Positions 20,298 through 32,882 are shown, numbered from the stretch's first letter. The stretch: DNA of 64,000 nucleotides from Candidatus Fervidifonticultor quartus (GCA_031458775.1 JAVKJV010000004.1:34398-98397); one strand, 5' to 3'. Numbers and translations: made by a program. Notes: generated from the sequence alone by a model not told the origin.

Positions 20298-22665
20298 TCA
20301 CGGCGCGCCTCCGGCAGGAGCGAGCCCCAGCAGTCGCACCTCGACCGGCGCCGCGACATGCGGCCACTGGAGAAGACGCTGGACCGGCGCGCTCTCGTAC
20401 CCGCGCGGCACGGTCACCTGCCCGGCTGGTGTGGCGTCGCTGACGCGCGCTTGAAGCACGAGACGGCCGTGGGTGGTCGTCAGCTCCACCGGCGCTCTGT
20501 CGGTCAGTCCGAGCCGAACCGCATCATCAGGGTGCACGAGACAGTGAGGCGGCCCCGCGAGAGCGGTCACGCCCTGACAACGACCGGTCATGGTCCCCTG
20601 GGTGAACAAGTGATCGGCTGCCACCACGAGGAGACCGTCGGTTGCGATCACCGCGCTGCCGTCGCCTGATCCGGTGAGACCGTCCAGTCGCACCGGCGGC
20701 ACCGGCAGCACCTCGCCGACGCGGATGTCACCGGCGTGCGCTCGCATGTCGGCCAACAGCTCGTCGGACGTACCATAGGTGAAGAGCACGCCGAGCTTGG
20801 CCGCGACCAGCCCGAAGATCTCGCGGTCGGACCGCGCCTGCCCGGGTCCGGGCGTGGCGGCCCGCAGCGACACGGTGCGACCTTCGAGGTTCGTCACGGT
20901 GCCGTCCTTCTCGGGCAAGACCAGCGCCGGCAGCACGACGTCGGCCGCCTGCGCGGTGGCGGAGAGAAACGCGTCGCTCACGACCAGGAACTTGGTGCCC
21001 CGGCGCGCTGCGTCCCACGCCGACCGATCGGTCACCGCCGTCGCGGGATCGCACCCGGCCACCCACAACACGTCGAGCGCGCCGGTTGCGGCCTGCCGCA
21101 AGATCTCGGGCGCCGCCCAGCCTCCGGCTCCCGGGACGACGCCGAAGCGCGCGGCGCCCAGGTCGTTGCCCTTGCCCCGCATGACGTGCAGCGTGCCCCG
21201 TGCCGCCGAGACGATCCGGGCCGCGGCGCGCAGCAGCGCGTGGCTTTCGGGACCGTCAAGCGCCGCCCGTCCCACGAATACGTGCACCCGCTGGCCGGCC
21301 GCAATCGCCGCGGCCGCCGATCCCGGATCGCCGGCTCGCTCCACGGCGGCGGCGAGGTCCTCGACCGCGGCCGCGAGCCGATCATAACGGACCACCTGCT
21401 CCCACCGCGCGTGGCGGTGGATCTCCAGCCGCTTGGCGTGCAGCGTCATCAGCACCGCGCCACGGTCGAGCGCGGACTTCAGCCGCAGCCACAGCACCGG
21501 ATACTCCTCGGTCGGATCGCAGCCCAGCAGCACGAAGACGTCGCCGCGACCAATCTCCTCGATCGACGCGCGCAGCCCCCACGCCACCTGCAGGCTTGCG
21601 CCGGACGGCGTCGCGTCAATCCGATGATCCAGGTGCGGGGTGTCGACGACATCGCGGAACAGGCGCGCCGCAAAGAACGCGTCCTCGTTCGACAGCCGCC
21701 GGCCGCCAAGGAACGCCACGCGACCCGACCCGCGCGCCCTTGACTCGCGAATCCGCGACGCGACCAGGTCGAGGGCCTCTTCCCATGTCGTGCTTTCCAG
21801 CCGGCCATTCCTCCGCACCAACGGCGTCGTCAGCCGATCCCGCGAGGCCACGTAGTTGTGCCCGAAGAAACCTAGATCGCAGAGCCAGACGTCATTGACC
21901 GCGCGGTCTTCCCGCGCGCGCACGCGTTGAATCTCACCGCCGCGCACATCGAGCCACACGGCACAGCCCAGCCCGCAGTGCGTACACGTCGATGCCACGG
22001 GCTGGTTGTCCCAGGGCCGCGCGCGAAACCGGTACGTGCGGCTGGTCAGCGCGCCCACGGGGCATATCGCGATCGTGTTGCCGATGAACTTTGACTCGAC
22101 CGGCAGCGCAAACGGGGTACCGACCTCGCTGGTGAAGCCGCGCTCGAAGCCCTTGAGCGCGTCGTCGCCGGCGATGATCTCACCGAATCGCACGCACCGC
22201 CAGCACAAGATGCAGCGTTCGCGGTCGAGCGCCAGCACCGGCCCCAGAGACACGGGCTTCGCGAAGTCACGTTTGGGTTCGATGAACCGGCTGCGTCCCG
22301 GTCCCCAGCGGAACGTCTGATCCTGCAGAGGGCACTCGCCGCCCTTGTCGCAGATCGGGCAGTCGAGCGGATGGTTGATCAACAGGAACTCGAGGATCGC
22401 CTCCTGCCCGGCCGTCACCTCCGGCCCGCGGGTGTCGACGACCATCCCCTCGGTCGCGACCAGGGTGCACGAGGTCTGCAGCTTGGGCATCTTCTCGACC
22501 CGCACCAGGCACATCCGGCACGCGCCCAGCGGCGGCATGCGGTCGTGATAGCAGAAGATCGGGATGTCGATCCCGGCCGACCGCGCGGCCTGATACACCG
22601 TCGTACCCCTGGGGACGGTCACCGTGCGACCGTCAATCGTGAGCGTCACCGCGCCCAGCGAGGGA

Positions 22666-22676
<11 letters not shown>
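20298..22676 (-). CDS. nuoG: NADH-quinone oxidoreductase subunit G (75-kDa Fe-S / molybdopterin-like subunit)
   Basis: N-terminal 2Fe-2S cysteines (CYHDRMPPLGACRMC), HxxxC 4Fe-4S cluster sites (NHPLDCPICDKGGEC) and a molybdopterin-oxidoreductase-like C-terminal domain. Confidence 0.9.
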
Positions 22677-23958
<1,282 letters not shown>

Positions 23959-23961
23959 CGT

Positions 23962-24453
23962 CTATGGGTACCGCTCGAGGATCTTCTCGATATCGCCGGC
24001 GGCGACCCGCGGCCACCGGTCCTCGTCCACGATCACCGACGGCGCTTCGTCGCACGCGGCCAGGCACTCCACGGTACGCAGCGTGAACCGGCCGTCGGTT
24101 GTGGTCCCCCCCGGCGCCACGCCCAGGCGCTCCTGGAGCCCGTTGACGACGGCCCGGCAGCCGTTGATCAGGCACGCCAGGTTCGTGCAGACCTGGATCA
24201 CGTGGCGGCCGACGGGCTCGAGGTACAGCAGCGAGTAGAATGATGCGACCGACGTCACCTCGGACACCGGCAGGTCGAGGAGACCGGCGACCTCCTCCAT
24301 CACGGCCGGGCTCAGGTAGCCGGCCTCGCGTTGGGCGACAAAGAGCGCCGGCAGCAACGCCGACTGCCGGTGCTCGTACAGCCCGGTCAGGCGACGGATC
24401 TCGGCGCGCGCGGCGTCGCTGAGCGTACGGCCAGCCCTGTGGTCCGGCGTCAC
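23962..24453 (-). CDS. nuoE: NADH-quinone oxidoreductase subunit E (24-kDa, [2Fe-2S])
   Basis: Thioredoxin-like 2Fe-2S subunit, with Cys residues in VCTNLACLINGC ... CLAACDEAP. Confidence 0.85.
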   Translation of the reverse strand: MTPDHRAGRTLSDAARAEIRRLTGLYEHRQSALLPALFVAQREAGYLSPAVMEEVAGLLDLPVSEVTSVASFYSLLYLEPVGRHVIQVCTNLACLINGCRAVVNGLQERLGVAPGGTTTDGRFTLRTVECLAACDEAPSVIVDEDRWPRVAAGDIEKILERYP

Positions 24454-25637
24454 CGATCCACGTCTCCGAGCACGATGTCGATGCTGGCGATGGCCACCAC
24501 GACGTCCGATACAAACCCCTTGTACACCATCACCGGAAGCGCCTGGAGATTGTTGAACGATCCCGAGCGCACGCGTACGCGAACCGGCCGATTGCTTCCG
24601 TCACTCACGACGTAGTAGCCCTTCTCGCCGCGCGGCGCCTCGACCGCGGCGTACACCTCGCCGACCGGCGGGTGAATCCCCTCGCTCACCAGCTTGAACT
24701 GGTGGATGACCGCCTCCATGCTTCGCACCAGCTCGTCCCTCGGGGGCAGGGCGACCTTCCGGTCGTCCACGATCCAGGGACCGCCGGGCAGGCGGTCAAG
24801 CGCCTGGAGGATGATCCGGCGGCTCTGCCGCATCTCCTCGAGCCGGATCAGATACCGGTCGAAGGCGTCACCATTCCTGCCCAGCGGCACGTCGAACTCG
24901 TACTGCTCGTAGCCGCTGTACGGGAATGCCTTGCGCACGTCGTAGTTGATCCCCGATCCGCGCAGGATGGGGCCCGTGCACCCGTAGGCCAGCGCGTCCT
25001 CGGGCGGCAGCACCGCGATCCCCTCGGTACGCTTCCGCCAGATCAGATTGTCGGTCAGCAGTCGGTCGTACTCGTCGATGCGCGCCGGCAGCCGGTCCAT
25101 CAGCGACCGCACCCGCGCCTCGAACCCGTCGGGCAGGTCCCACTGCATCCCGCCGATCCGCAGGAAGCCGTGCATCATGCGCTGCCCCGTCACGCTCTCC
25201 AGGATATCGAGGATCTCCTCGCGGTCCTGAAAACAATAGATGAAGACGCTGGTGACGTTGAGGTCGATCGCGCTGCTACCCAGCCACACGAGATGGCTGG
25301 CGATCCGCGACAGTTCCGAGAGGATGACGCGCGCCGCCTGCGCCCGCGGGGGCGGCGTGACGTCGAGCAGCTTCTCGACGGCCAGCACGTAGGCCGTCTC
25401 CTCGATGAACGTCGCCAGGTACTCGATGCGCGCCGGAAAGACGATGTTCTGGTGGTAGGTGCGAAACTCCATCTCCTTCTCGAACCCGGTGTGGAGGTAT
25501 CCGATGACCGGCTGGCAGCCCAGGATGACCTCTCCCTCGAGATCGAGGATCAGCCGCAGCACGCCGTGGGTAGACGGGTGCTGGGGTCCCATGTTGATTG
25601 TGATGGTCTCGGTTCGGACCTCGGGCATCGTGCTCAC
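24450..25637 (-). CDS. nuoD: NADH-quinone oxidoreductase subunit D (49-kDa)
   Basis: 395 aa, with N-terminal MGPQHPSTHGVLRL, typical of NuoD. Confidence 0.9.
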   Translation of the reverse strand: MSTMPEVRTETITINMGPQHPSTHGVLRLILDLEGEVILGCQPVIGYLHTGFEKEMEFRTYHQNIVFPARIEYLATFIEETAYVLAVEKLLDVTPPPRAQAARVILSELSRIASHLVWLGSSAIDLNVTSVFIYCFQDREEILDILESVTGQRMMHGFLRIGGMQWDLPDGFEARVRSLMDRLPARIDEYDRLLTDNLIWRKRTEGIAVLPPEDALAYGCTGPILRGSGINYDVRKAFPYSGYEQYEFDVPLGRNGDAFDRYLIRLEEMRQSRRIILQALDRLPGGPWIVDDRKVALPPRDELVRSMEAVIHQFKLVSEGIHPPVGEVYAAVEAPRGEKGYYVVSDGSNRPVRVRVRSGSFNNLQALPVMVYKGFVSDVVVAIASIDIVLGDVDR

Positions 25638-25690
25638 GCCGTGCGTTCTCCCAGGGCGCCCGCGATCACGCGCGACGCGGGCTGCGCCGC

Positions 25691-26218
25691 CTACGGCCGC
25701 GGGGCCGACTTCGGAATGATCTCGCTCGGTGTCTTCGGCGTGTGACCGACAAACTGCACCGGCTCTTCTGTCAACGGGAAGTCCTTGCGGAGCGGGTGCC
25801 CCTCCCAGTCGTCCGGCATCAGGATGCGCGTCAGGTTCGGGTGGCCTTGGAACCGGATCCCGAACATGTCATACACTTCGCGCTCGAGCCAGTTCGCCGC
25901 CTTCCACAACCGCGTCGCGCTCGCAATCACCGGTTGATCGCCGGGCAGGGGCGCCTTGAGCCGCAACCGGACAGGCGGCGCGTACCAGGTCAAGAGGTAG
26001 ACGACCTCGAAGCGCGGCTCCTGTGGGTAGCGGTCGAGCGCGGTGAGATCGGTGAGCACCGGGGCGCCGTCCGGCGCGTTCAGCAGGAGCCGCAGAGCAT
26101 CGAGCACGCGGTCAGGGGGGACGCTGACGGTGACCTCGCCCCTGAACTCGGTTACCGGAAGGCCCGGCACGCCGAGCAGCGCGTGCACACGCTCGGCCAG
26201 CGCCGCCGCGCTGGTCAC
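25691..26218 (-). CDS. nuoC: NADH-quinone oxidoreductase subunit C (30-kDa)
   Basis: NuoC-like core ([19 protein letters not shown]...[22 protein letters not shown]). The GTG start overlaps the nuoB stop (GTGA). The longer 311-aa ORF is an Arg-rich artefact. Confidence 0.8.
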   Translation of the reverse strand: MTSAAALAERVHALLGVPGLPVTEFRGEVTVSVPPDRVLDALRLLLNAPDGAPVLTDLTALDRYPQEPRFEVVYLLTWYAPPVRLRLKAPLPGDQPVIASATRLWKAANWLEREVYDMFGIRFQGHPNLTRILMPDDWEGHPLRKDFPLTEEPVQFVGHTPKTPSEIIPKSAPRP

Positions 26219-26715
26219 CGGCGGCCCCCCTGCTTCTCGACCTTCTCGAGCAGCTTCAAGAACCCGTGGAGCAGCGCCTCGGGCCGCGGAGGGCACCCGG
26301 CCACATAGACGTCCACCGGGACAACTTTGTCCACACCCTGGACGAGTGCGTAGTTGTTGAACACGCCGCCGCAGGACGCGCAGTCGCCCATGGCGATGAC
26401 CCACTTTGGCTCGAGCATCTGGTCGTAGATACGCCGTAGTACCGGGGCCATCTTCTGAGATAGCCGGCCGGACACGATCAAGAGGTCGGCCTGCCGCGGC
26501 GACGCGCGGAAGAGTTCGCTGCCGAACCGCGCCAGGTCGAAACGGGCGGCCGCGGTGCTCATCATCTCGATCGCGCAGCAAGCCAGGCCGAACTGGGCCG
26601 GCCAGATGCTGCTCTTCCGCGCCCACGCCAGCATCCGGTCGACGGTCGTCGTGAGCACGCGCTTCTCAAACTCGGCGGCGTCGCGCTCGAGCGAAGGGAC
26701 CGCTACTGCCATTCG
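26215..26715 (-). CDS. nuoB: NADH-quinone oxidoreductase subunit B (20-kDa, N2 cluster)
   Basis: Motifs [10 protein letters not shown] and GDCASCGG...GCPPRPE. Start placed at MAVAVPSLE; the upstream part of the 292-aa ORF is spurious. Confidence 0.85.
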   Translation of the reverse strand, partial: RMAVAVPSLERDAAEFEKRVLTTTVDRMLAWARKSSIWPAQFGLACCAIEMMSTAAARFDLARFGSELFRASPRQADLLIVSGRLSQKMAPVLRRIYDQMLEPKWVIAMGDCASCGGVFNNYALVQGVDKVVPVDVYVAGCPPRPEALLHGFLKLLEKVEKQGGRR

Positions 26716-27065
26716 AGCGCCCCGCGCTTCCAGGCATAGATCAGGCCGACCGCGAGCACGCCGATGAAGACGAACATCGAGGTCAATCCCAACATGCCGA
26801 GCTGGCGGAACACGACGGCCCAGGGATAGAGAAAGACCGTCTCGATATCGAAGATGATGAAGAGCATGGCGATGACATAGTACTTGATCGGCACGCGCTC
26901 CCGGGCGGAGCCGATTGCCCAGACGCCGGATTCGTACGGCTCCATCTTGGACGGCGACGGCCGGCTGCCGCCGAGCAGGGCGTGCGCCAGCAGCAGCCCG
27001 ACCGTGAGGGCAATCACGAGCACGAAGTGAATCAGAAGGGGAAGATACTCGACTGCTGCGGTCAT
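26703..27065 (-). CDS. nuoA: NADH-quinone oxidoreductase subunit A
   Basis: 120-aa 3-TM protein with PYESG and FDIE(T)VFLYPW signatures. Confidence 0.85.
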   Translation of the reverse strand: MTAAVEYLPLLIHFVLVIALTVGLLLAHALLGGSRPSPSKMEPYESGVWAIGSARERVPIKYYVIAMLFIIFDIETVFLYPWAVVFRQLGMLGLTSMFVFIGVLAVGLIYAWKRGALEWQ

Positions 27066-27174
27066 CGTCGCGAGTGCAGAAGCCCGGCGTCACCTGCGCG
27101 GACGGCTAGTTCCTGACCATCATCGCAGACGACCCCAGGAGTGTCAACCAGAACCGCGTGCGCGCACCCCCTGC

Positions 27175-28359
27175 CTATGCGCGCCGCGCGCCCGCACGAC
27201 GGACCGACGCGAGGATCGCGGGGAGCACCGATACGACGCGGTCGACCTCCTCGGCCGTGCTCCACCTGCCGAGCGAGAACCGCAGCGTGCCGGCAGCCAG
27301 GTCTGTCGGCAGCCCGAGCGCTGCGATGACGTGCGATGGTTCGAGACTTCCGGACGTGCACGCCGACCCGCTCGACGCGGCGATCCCTTCGAGGTCGAGC
27401 GCCAGGAGGAGCGATTCGCTGTCAGCGTCAGCGAATGACACGCTGACAATGCCCGGCAAGCGCTGGGACGGATGGCCGTTGAGGTGCGCGGCGTCCATGG
27501 CCGCCAGCCCGGCGGCAAGGCGGTCGCGCAAAGCGGCGACGCGCGTCGCCTCGTCCGGCATCGCCTCCTGCGCGAGACGCGCCGCGACGCCGAAGCCCAC
27601 GATCCCGGGCACATTCTCTGTGCCGCCGCGCCGGCCGCGTTCCTGGCTGCCGCCATGCAGGAACGGTGCGATCTTCACGCCGCTGCGCACGTAGAGGGCG
27701 CCGACGCCCTTGGGACCGTACCGCTTGTGCGCCGACAGCGAGAGGAGATCGACACCCAATGACCGCACGTCGATTGGCACGATGCCCGCGCTCTGCGTCG
27801 CGTCGGTGTGGAACAGCACACCGTGGGCACGGGCGATCGCCGCGATCTCGGCCGCGGGCGCCAGCGTTCCGATCTCGTTGTTGCTGTGCATGATGGTAAT
27901 CAGCACGGTGCCGGGGCGAATCGCCCGGCGCACCGCGTCAGGATCGACGACGCCGTACCGGTCCACCGGCAGCACCGTCACCGCCACACCCTGCTGCTCG
28001 AGCCACCGGCACGGTTCGAGCACGGCGTGGTGCTCAGTGATCGCGGTGATGACGTGACGGTCTTCTCGCCTGCTGGCGAAGACCGCCCCGAAGATCGCGG
28101 CGTTGTTCGACTCGGTCGCGCCGGCGGTGAAGATGACCTCGCCGGGCGAGGCGCCGATGAGCCGCGCGACCGAGCGACGGGCCGCGTCGACGGCCGCGCG
28201 GGCGGCCTGACCGTAGGCGTGCACGCTCCCGGCGTTGCCGAACCGCTCGGTGAAGAACGGCCGCATCGCCTCGAGCACACGTGGATCGACCGGCGTGGTC
28301 GCCGCGTAGTCGAGGTAGATCCCCGACACCATTGGACGTCCCGAAGGCCCGAGTGGCAT
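27175..28359 (-). CDS. cysteine desulfurase (class V aminotransferase, IscS/NifS-like)
   Basis: YLDYAATTP N-terminus, PLP-lysine region SAHKRYGPKG, and active-site loop SSGSACTSGS. Confidence 0.8.
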   Translation of the reverse strand: MPLGPSGRPMVSGIYLDYAATTPVDPRVLEAMRPFFTERFGNAGSVHAYGQAARAAVDAARRSVARLIGASPGEVIFTAGATESNNAAIFGAVFASRREDRHVITAITEHHAVLEPCRWLEQQGVAVTVLPVDRYGVVDPDAVRRAIRPGTVLITIMHSNNEIGTLAPAAEIAAIARAHGVLFHTDATQSAGIVPIDVRSLGVDLLSLSAHKRYGPKGVGALYVRSGVKIAPFLHGGSQERGRRGGTENVPGIVGFGVAARLAQEAMPDEATRVAALRDRLAAGLAAMDAAHLNGHPSQRLPGIVSVSFADADSESLLLALDLEGIAASSGSACTSGSLEPSHVIAALGLPTDLAAGTLRFSLGRWSTAEEVDRVVSVLPAILASVRRAGARRA

Positions 28360-28518
28360 CGTGCCTAATTATACCGATGACGATGCCGCGCCGAAGGAGT
28401 CGCCGATGGTCGCGCATCCGTCTCGGCGCTTGAGACCGCTACGGGTGTCATCCAGCACACCGGTCTGATCCTCGACGGCATCGGTCGCTGCGCGGCGGAA
28501 CGCGGGCTGCCACACCGG

Positions 28519-29193
28519 CTATCCCCGCCGTCCGGTGCGCATGCGCGAGGCCCACGCCGCAGGCGCCGGATGATCGGCAGGGAACACCGCCGCGCGCTCG
28601 ACGTCGTAGGCGACGCGGTGAATGAGCGCGGACCACCCGGGACCGGCTCGCTCCAGCACCACGTAGCTGGCCCGCGGATCGCCGTCGAACGGAAACCCCA
28701 CGCTTCCCGCGTTCACGAGCAGGTCGCCATCCTGCGCGTGTCCGATCCAGGCCACATGGATGTGGCCGTAGACCACAGTGCGCGCGCCGGCCTCGTCGAG
28801 CATGCGGCGCACGTGTGTAGCATCGGCATCCTTGGGAACCACGTCCGAGATGCTCCAGGGCGTCGCGTGCACGACCACGAGATCGCCGATCCTGTGCAGG
28901 AACGGGAGCCCGGCGAGATACTCGCGCGAGGCCGCGCTCAGGCGCGCCCGTGTCCACGCCGTGGTCGGTTCGTGCTCCCGGACGTCCGGGGTCATCCACT
29001 CGTCGGTGTTGCCGCGCACGCACGGGATGCCCAACGTCCGGACCCGATACACCGAGCCTTCCGGATCAGGCCCGCCAAACGCCAGGTCACCGCCGCACAC
29101 CACGTGATCCACACGCTGTCCGCCGATGTGCGCCAGCACCGCCTCTAGGGCGACCAGGTTGCCGTGCACGTCTGAGAAGACCGCGACCCTCAT
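28519..29193 (-). CDS. metallophosphoesterase (YfcE/MJ0936-like)
   Basis: Motifs DVHGN, GGD and GNTD, and a GH(I)H block typical of calcineurin-like phosphoesterases. The ATG overlaps the NUDIX stop (ATGA). Confidence 0.65.
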   Translation of the reverse strand: MRVAVFSDVHGNLVALEAVLAHIGGQRVDHVVCGGDLAFGGPDPEGSVYRVRTLGIPCVRGNTDEWMTPDVREHEPTTAWTRARLSAASREYLAGLPFLHRIGDLVVVHATPWSISDVVPKDADATHVRRMLDEAGARTVVYGHIHVAWIGHAQDGDLLVNAGSVGFPFDGDPRASYVVLERAGPGWSALIHRVAYDVERAAVFPADHPAPAAWASRMRTGRRG

Positions 29194-29776
29194 GAGGCGC
29201 GGCCTGGCTGGGCATCGCCTTGAAGGATCCCGACCATGCCGTGGATGATGCGCGCGGTGACGCCCCAGATCACGTGCGGCGGGTAGTCGTAGAAGAGCAA
29301 GTCATACGGACGGCCCTCCCGCGTGACCTTCTCGATTCGCAGGTTCTTAGGATCGAGGAATACCGCCAGCGGGACCGTCAGGATTTCCGCAATCTCGTTC
29401 GGGTTGGGTCTCAGCGGCACCGGCCAGGGGATGAGCCCGACGTAGGGTGTGATCGCGAACCCTGAGACGACCGTCTCCACCTCGTCAAGGCGGCCCCAGA
29501 TCGCGACCTGATCGGGCGCCAGGCCGATCTCCTCATAGGTCTCCCGCAGGGCCGTGGCCTGCAGGTCGGTGTCGTCGGGTTCCTCGCCGCCGCCTGGGAA
29601 CGAGATCTGCCCCTTGTGCCGCTCGACGGTTTCGGTCCGCCGGGTCAGCAGGACCGTCGGCACCTCGCCCGCCCGGAACACCGGGATCAGGACCGCCGCC
29701 CGGCGATGCGCGTGCGGCGGCAGGTCGCGTGGCTGCCGCGCTGTGATACGCGCGCGCAAGCGCTCGAGCACGTCCA
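29190..29776 (-). CDS. NUDIX hydrolase (CoA pyrophosphatase-like)
   Basis: Nudix box GGGEEPDDTDLQATALRETYEEIG, preceded by a NudL-like motif (AAVLIPVF...LLTRR). Start set at the internal ATG (MDVLERL...). Confidence 0.7.
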
Positions 29777-29963
29777 TGCCGGTGTGTTGGCTGCAATCGT
29801 GCGCCTCTCCTGCCCTCGACGGGCAGCGGGCGGTCGGAGCCGGCAGCGGAGCCGCGGCCCCCGGGCCGCTAGATGTTGGGAGGGGTCCCGAAATCGAACA
29901 CAAGATGCGGGACCGCCGGCAGGAGTTCCCCCGCCGGCGCGGAAGCCTCCTCTGACCCCAGGG

Positions 29964-31484
29964 GGAAGGCCAATGCACCCACAGCTCGCCTCCGCAGACG
30001 GAACACCATCGCAGCGCCAACGCGACATCTACCTCCTCAGCCCCAGGCTCCTTCCCCCTGAGGTCATAGCCGTCGCCTTCGCGAAGACATCGCGGAGCCC
30101 GAAACCGTTTCGCGAGATTGCCGCCGAACTCACCGAAGCGCAGTCCAGCGAGTTCCATGAGAAGTGGGTGCTCGGATACGGCCACGCCTCAGTGGCCGAG
30201 CACGCGGTGTTGCACCTGGCCCTTGAGAACATCTCCCGGCTCGCGGTCGAGAGCCTGGAGAGCAATCGCCTGGCGTCCTATACCGAGAAGTCCACCCGCT
30301 ATCAGATCTTCGACACGTTCTATATCCCGCCGGCCGTGGCCGCGTCGAAGCACGCCGAGCGCTATGTCGCCACCTGCCGCCTGCTCTTCGAGACGTACCA
30401 TGCAAGCCTCGAGCCGGTGCGCCGGGTCATCGAGGCGTGGCACCCGCGGAAGGACGATGAAACCGACCGGGCGTACAACGCCCGGATCCGCTCCCGATAC
30501 GTCGACGTGTGCCGGTTCCTGCTGCCCTGCGCAACGGTGGCGAACGTCGGTATGACGGCAAATGCCCGCACGCTGGAGCATGCCATCGCCAAAATGCTCT
30601 CGCATCCGCTGGACGAGGTCCGGGAGATTGGCGCCGACGTCAAGCGCGTCGCCCAGACCGAAGTGCCGACACTGGTGAAGTACGCCAACCCAAGCCCGTA
30701 CATGATGGCAACCGCATCCGCGTTGGAGGCCGCGGCCCGCGCCGCAACAGCCGACGCCGACACGGCGACCGCACCGGACGACGCGGCGGCGGTCGTGCGG
30801 CTGGTGCACTACGACCGCGACGCGGAACTACGAGTCGTCGCCGCCTGCCTCTACCGACACGGCACACTCTCGTACGAGGCCGCCTGGCGCCGAGCGCAGG
30901 CCATGGCGCCGGCCGAGCGCACCACCATCATCGGTGAGGCGCTGGGACGCCTCGGCCGGCACGACACGCCGCTGCGAGAGATCGAGCACACGACCTACAC
31001 CCTGGACATCGTGTGCGACCAGGGCGCCTACTTCGACCTGAAGCGCCATCGCATGATGACGCAGAGCCCGCAGGCGCCGACTGTCGAGTTGGGCTACGCG
31101 GTCCCGCGCGCGGTCGACGAGGCCGGCCTCGGCCAGCGCTACCGCGACGCAATCGACGCCGCCACCGACGCTTACCACCTGATTGCCCGCGATCTGCCGC
31201 GAGAGGCCGCGTATCTGGTCACCAACGCCCACAACCGGCGCTTCCTGGCCACGATGAACCTCCGCGAGCTCTACAGCATGGTGCCGCTCCGCGCGCGCGA
31301 GGCCGGCCACTTCTCGTACCGTCGCACCGCGCTCCTCGTCTACGAGGCAGTGCGGGCGGTGCACCCGGCGCTCGCCGCGCACGTCCCATTCGGCTACGCG
31401 CCGCCGGCCGCGGCCGAACTCGAGGCGCGATTCTTCTCCGAGGTCGCGCGACGACCTGGAGCGGTCCCGGTCACGACCGGGTAG
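29964..31484 (+). CDS. thyX: FAD-dependent thymidylate synthase ThyX, double-length (tandem ThyX-fold) form
   Basis: First half carries GYGHASVAEHAVL (ThyX GHxSVxEH block). Second half carries LKRHRMMTQS (RHRx4-7S ThyX signature). ~506 aa from the ATG preceded by GGGGGAAGG. The upstream portion of the annotated ORF is Arg-rich and spurious. Confidence 0.7.
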   Translation, partial: GRPMHPQLASADGTPSQRQRDIYLLSPRLLPPEVIAVAFAKTSRSPKPFREIAAELTEAQSSEFHEKWVLGYGHASVAEHAVLHLALENISRLAVESLESNRLASYTEKSTRYQIFDTFYIPPAVAASKHAERYVATCRLLFETYHASLEPVRRVIEAWHPRKDDETDRAYNARIRSRYVDVCRFLLPCATVANVGMTANARTLEHAIAKMLSHPLDEVREIGADVKRVAQTEVPTLVKYANPSPYMMATASALEAAARAATADADTATAPDDAAAVVRLVHYDRDAELRVVAACLYRHGTLSYEAAWRRAQAMAPAERTTIIGEALGRLGRHDTPLREIEHTTYTLDIVCDQGAYFDLKRHRMMTQSPQAPTVELGYAVPRAVDEAGLGQRYRDAIDAATDAYHLIARDLPREAAYLVTNAHNRRFLATMNLRELYSMVPLRAREAGHFSYRRTALLVYEAVRAVHPALAAHVPFGYAPPAAAELEARFFSEVARRPGAVPVTTG

Positions 31485-31538
31485 CTACCGCGCCCTCAAG
31501 AGTCCGCCCACGCGCGTCAACACGGGGAGGCGACTGAC

Positions 31539-32462
31539 ATGGCGTTCCTGAAGCTGGTGGTCTACATTGTGGGGCTCGGGCTGGCGATCTTCGTGGCCCG
31601 GCAGGCCTTTGCCACGCAGGCTGGCGGCGGGCCGGGCGGCCGCGGCCGGGTGACCGCGGTCAATGCCGGCGCGCTCGCCCTCGCGGTCGCAATCGCCGTG
31701 CTCACGCTTGGCGTCGCCGCGAGCTTCGGCCAGGTGCCCGCGGGCTACCGCGGGGTCGTGCTCAGGTTCGGCGCGCCGACCGGCACGATCAAGGGCGAGG
31801 GCCTGTATATGGTCACGCCGTTCATCAACGCGGTCGAACTCATGTCGGTACAAGTCATCGCCTACGAGGCCGTGGCCGAAGCCGCCTCGCGCGACCTGCA
31901 GGACGTGAAGACCAAGGTGACGCTGAACTACTCACTCGATCCGAACCAGGTCGTCGAGATCTACCGCACCCTGCGTCAGGACTACGAATTCCGGATCATC
32001 AAGCCCGCGATCCAGGAAGCGGTCAAGGGCTCCACCGCCCGGTTCACGGCCGAGGAGCTCATCACGCGACGGCCCGAAGTCCGCGATGCGATCCAGAACA
32101 ACCTCACCCAGCGGCTCGACCGCTTCGGCATTCGCACGCAGGCGATGGCCATCACGGACTTCTCGTTCAGCAAGTCGTTCAACGAGGCGATCGAGGCGAA
32201 GGTCACGGCGCAGCAGCAGGTGTTGAAGGCCGAACGCGATCTGGAGCGGGTGCGGCTCGAGGCGCAGCAGCAGATCGAGCAGGCGCGCGCCCAGGCCGAG
32301 GCCCTGCGCATTCAGAAACAGAACGTCACGCCGGAACTGGTCGAGTTGCGGCGGATCGAGGCGCAGTTCCGCGCCATTGACAAGTGGAACGGTCAGATGC
32401 CGACCTACGTGTCAGGGCCCGTGCCGATCCTCGACGTGTTCCGGAGCGGGGCACCGCGGTAG
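31539..32462 (+). CDS. SPFH/Band-7 (prohibitin/HflC-like) membrane protein
   Basis: N-terminal TM segment, an SPFH core (PAGYRGVVLRFGAPTG...) and a C-terminal coiled-coil. Confidence 0.75.
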   Translation: MAFLKLVVYIVGLGLAIFVARQAFATQAGGGPGGRGRVTAVNAGALALAVAIAVLTLGVAASFGQVPAGYRGVVLRFGAPTGTIKGEGLYMVTPFINAVELMSVQVIAYEAVAEAASRDLQDVKTKVTLNYSLDPNQVVEIYRTLRQDYEFRIIKPAIQEAVKGSTARFTAEELITRRPEVRDAIQNNLTQRLDRFGIRTQAMAITDFSFSKSFNEAIEAKVTAQQQVLKAERDLERVRLEAQQQIEQARAQAEALRIQKQNVTPELVELRRIEAQFRAIDKWNGQMPTYVSGPVPILDVFRSGAPR

Positions 32463-32514
32463 ACCGGCGAAGCGGTCGTTCGCCGGTGACGGATCCGAGA
32501 CGCGCGGCGCAGGC

Positions 32515-32874
32515 CTAGGACGCGTGCGCGGCGGACGGTACGAGCACGTAGGCGAGCGTGAGCAGGTCCTTGTTGCCGTGAAAGCGATGCGGGACGCCCT
32601 TTGGGACGACCGCAATCGACCCGGGGCCGACAGGCACGTCGTTGTCGCCCAGCCGCAGGACGCCGTGGCCGCCTACGACGGCGTAGATCTCGTCCTGGTC
32701 GTGCGTGCCCTGCAGGTCCACGCCGCCGGGCAGGACGCGCAACACACCGATCGTCAGGCCCGGCCGGCTGAGCAGGCGGTGAAACTGTTGGGGCGAGTGA
32801 TCGATGGTCTCAACCACCTTGAACGCATCCCATACCCGGCCGTCCATAGATCCTCTCCTCGCGCCATCTCTCAA
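32515..32874 (-). CDS. cupin-domain protein
   Basis: 119 aa with cupin motifs G(x)5HxH-like (LQGTHDQDEIYAVVGGHGVL) and PxGxxH (PKGVPHRF). Confidence 0.6.
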   Translation of the reverse strand: MRDGARRGSMDGRVWDAFKVVETIDHSPQQFHRLLSRPGLTIGVLRVLPGGVDLQGTHDQDEIYAVVGGHGVLRLGDNDVPVGPGSIAVVPKGVPHRFHGNKDLLTLAYVLVPSAAHAS

Positions 32875-32882
32875 GATCGGGG

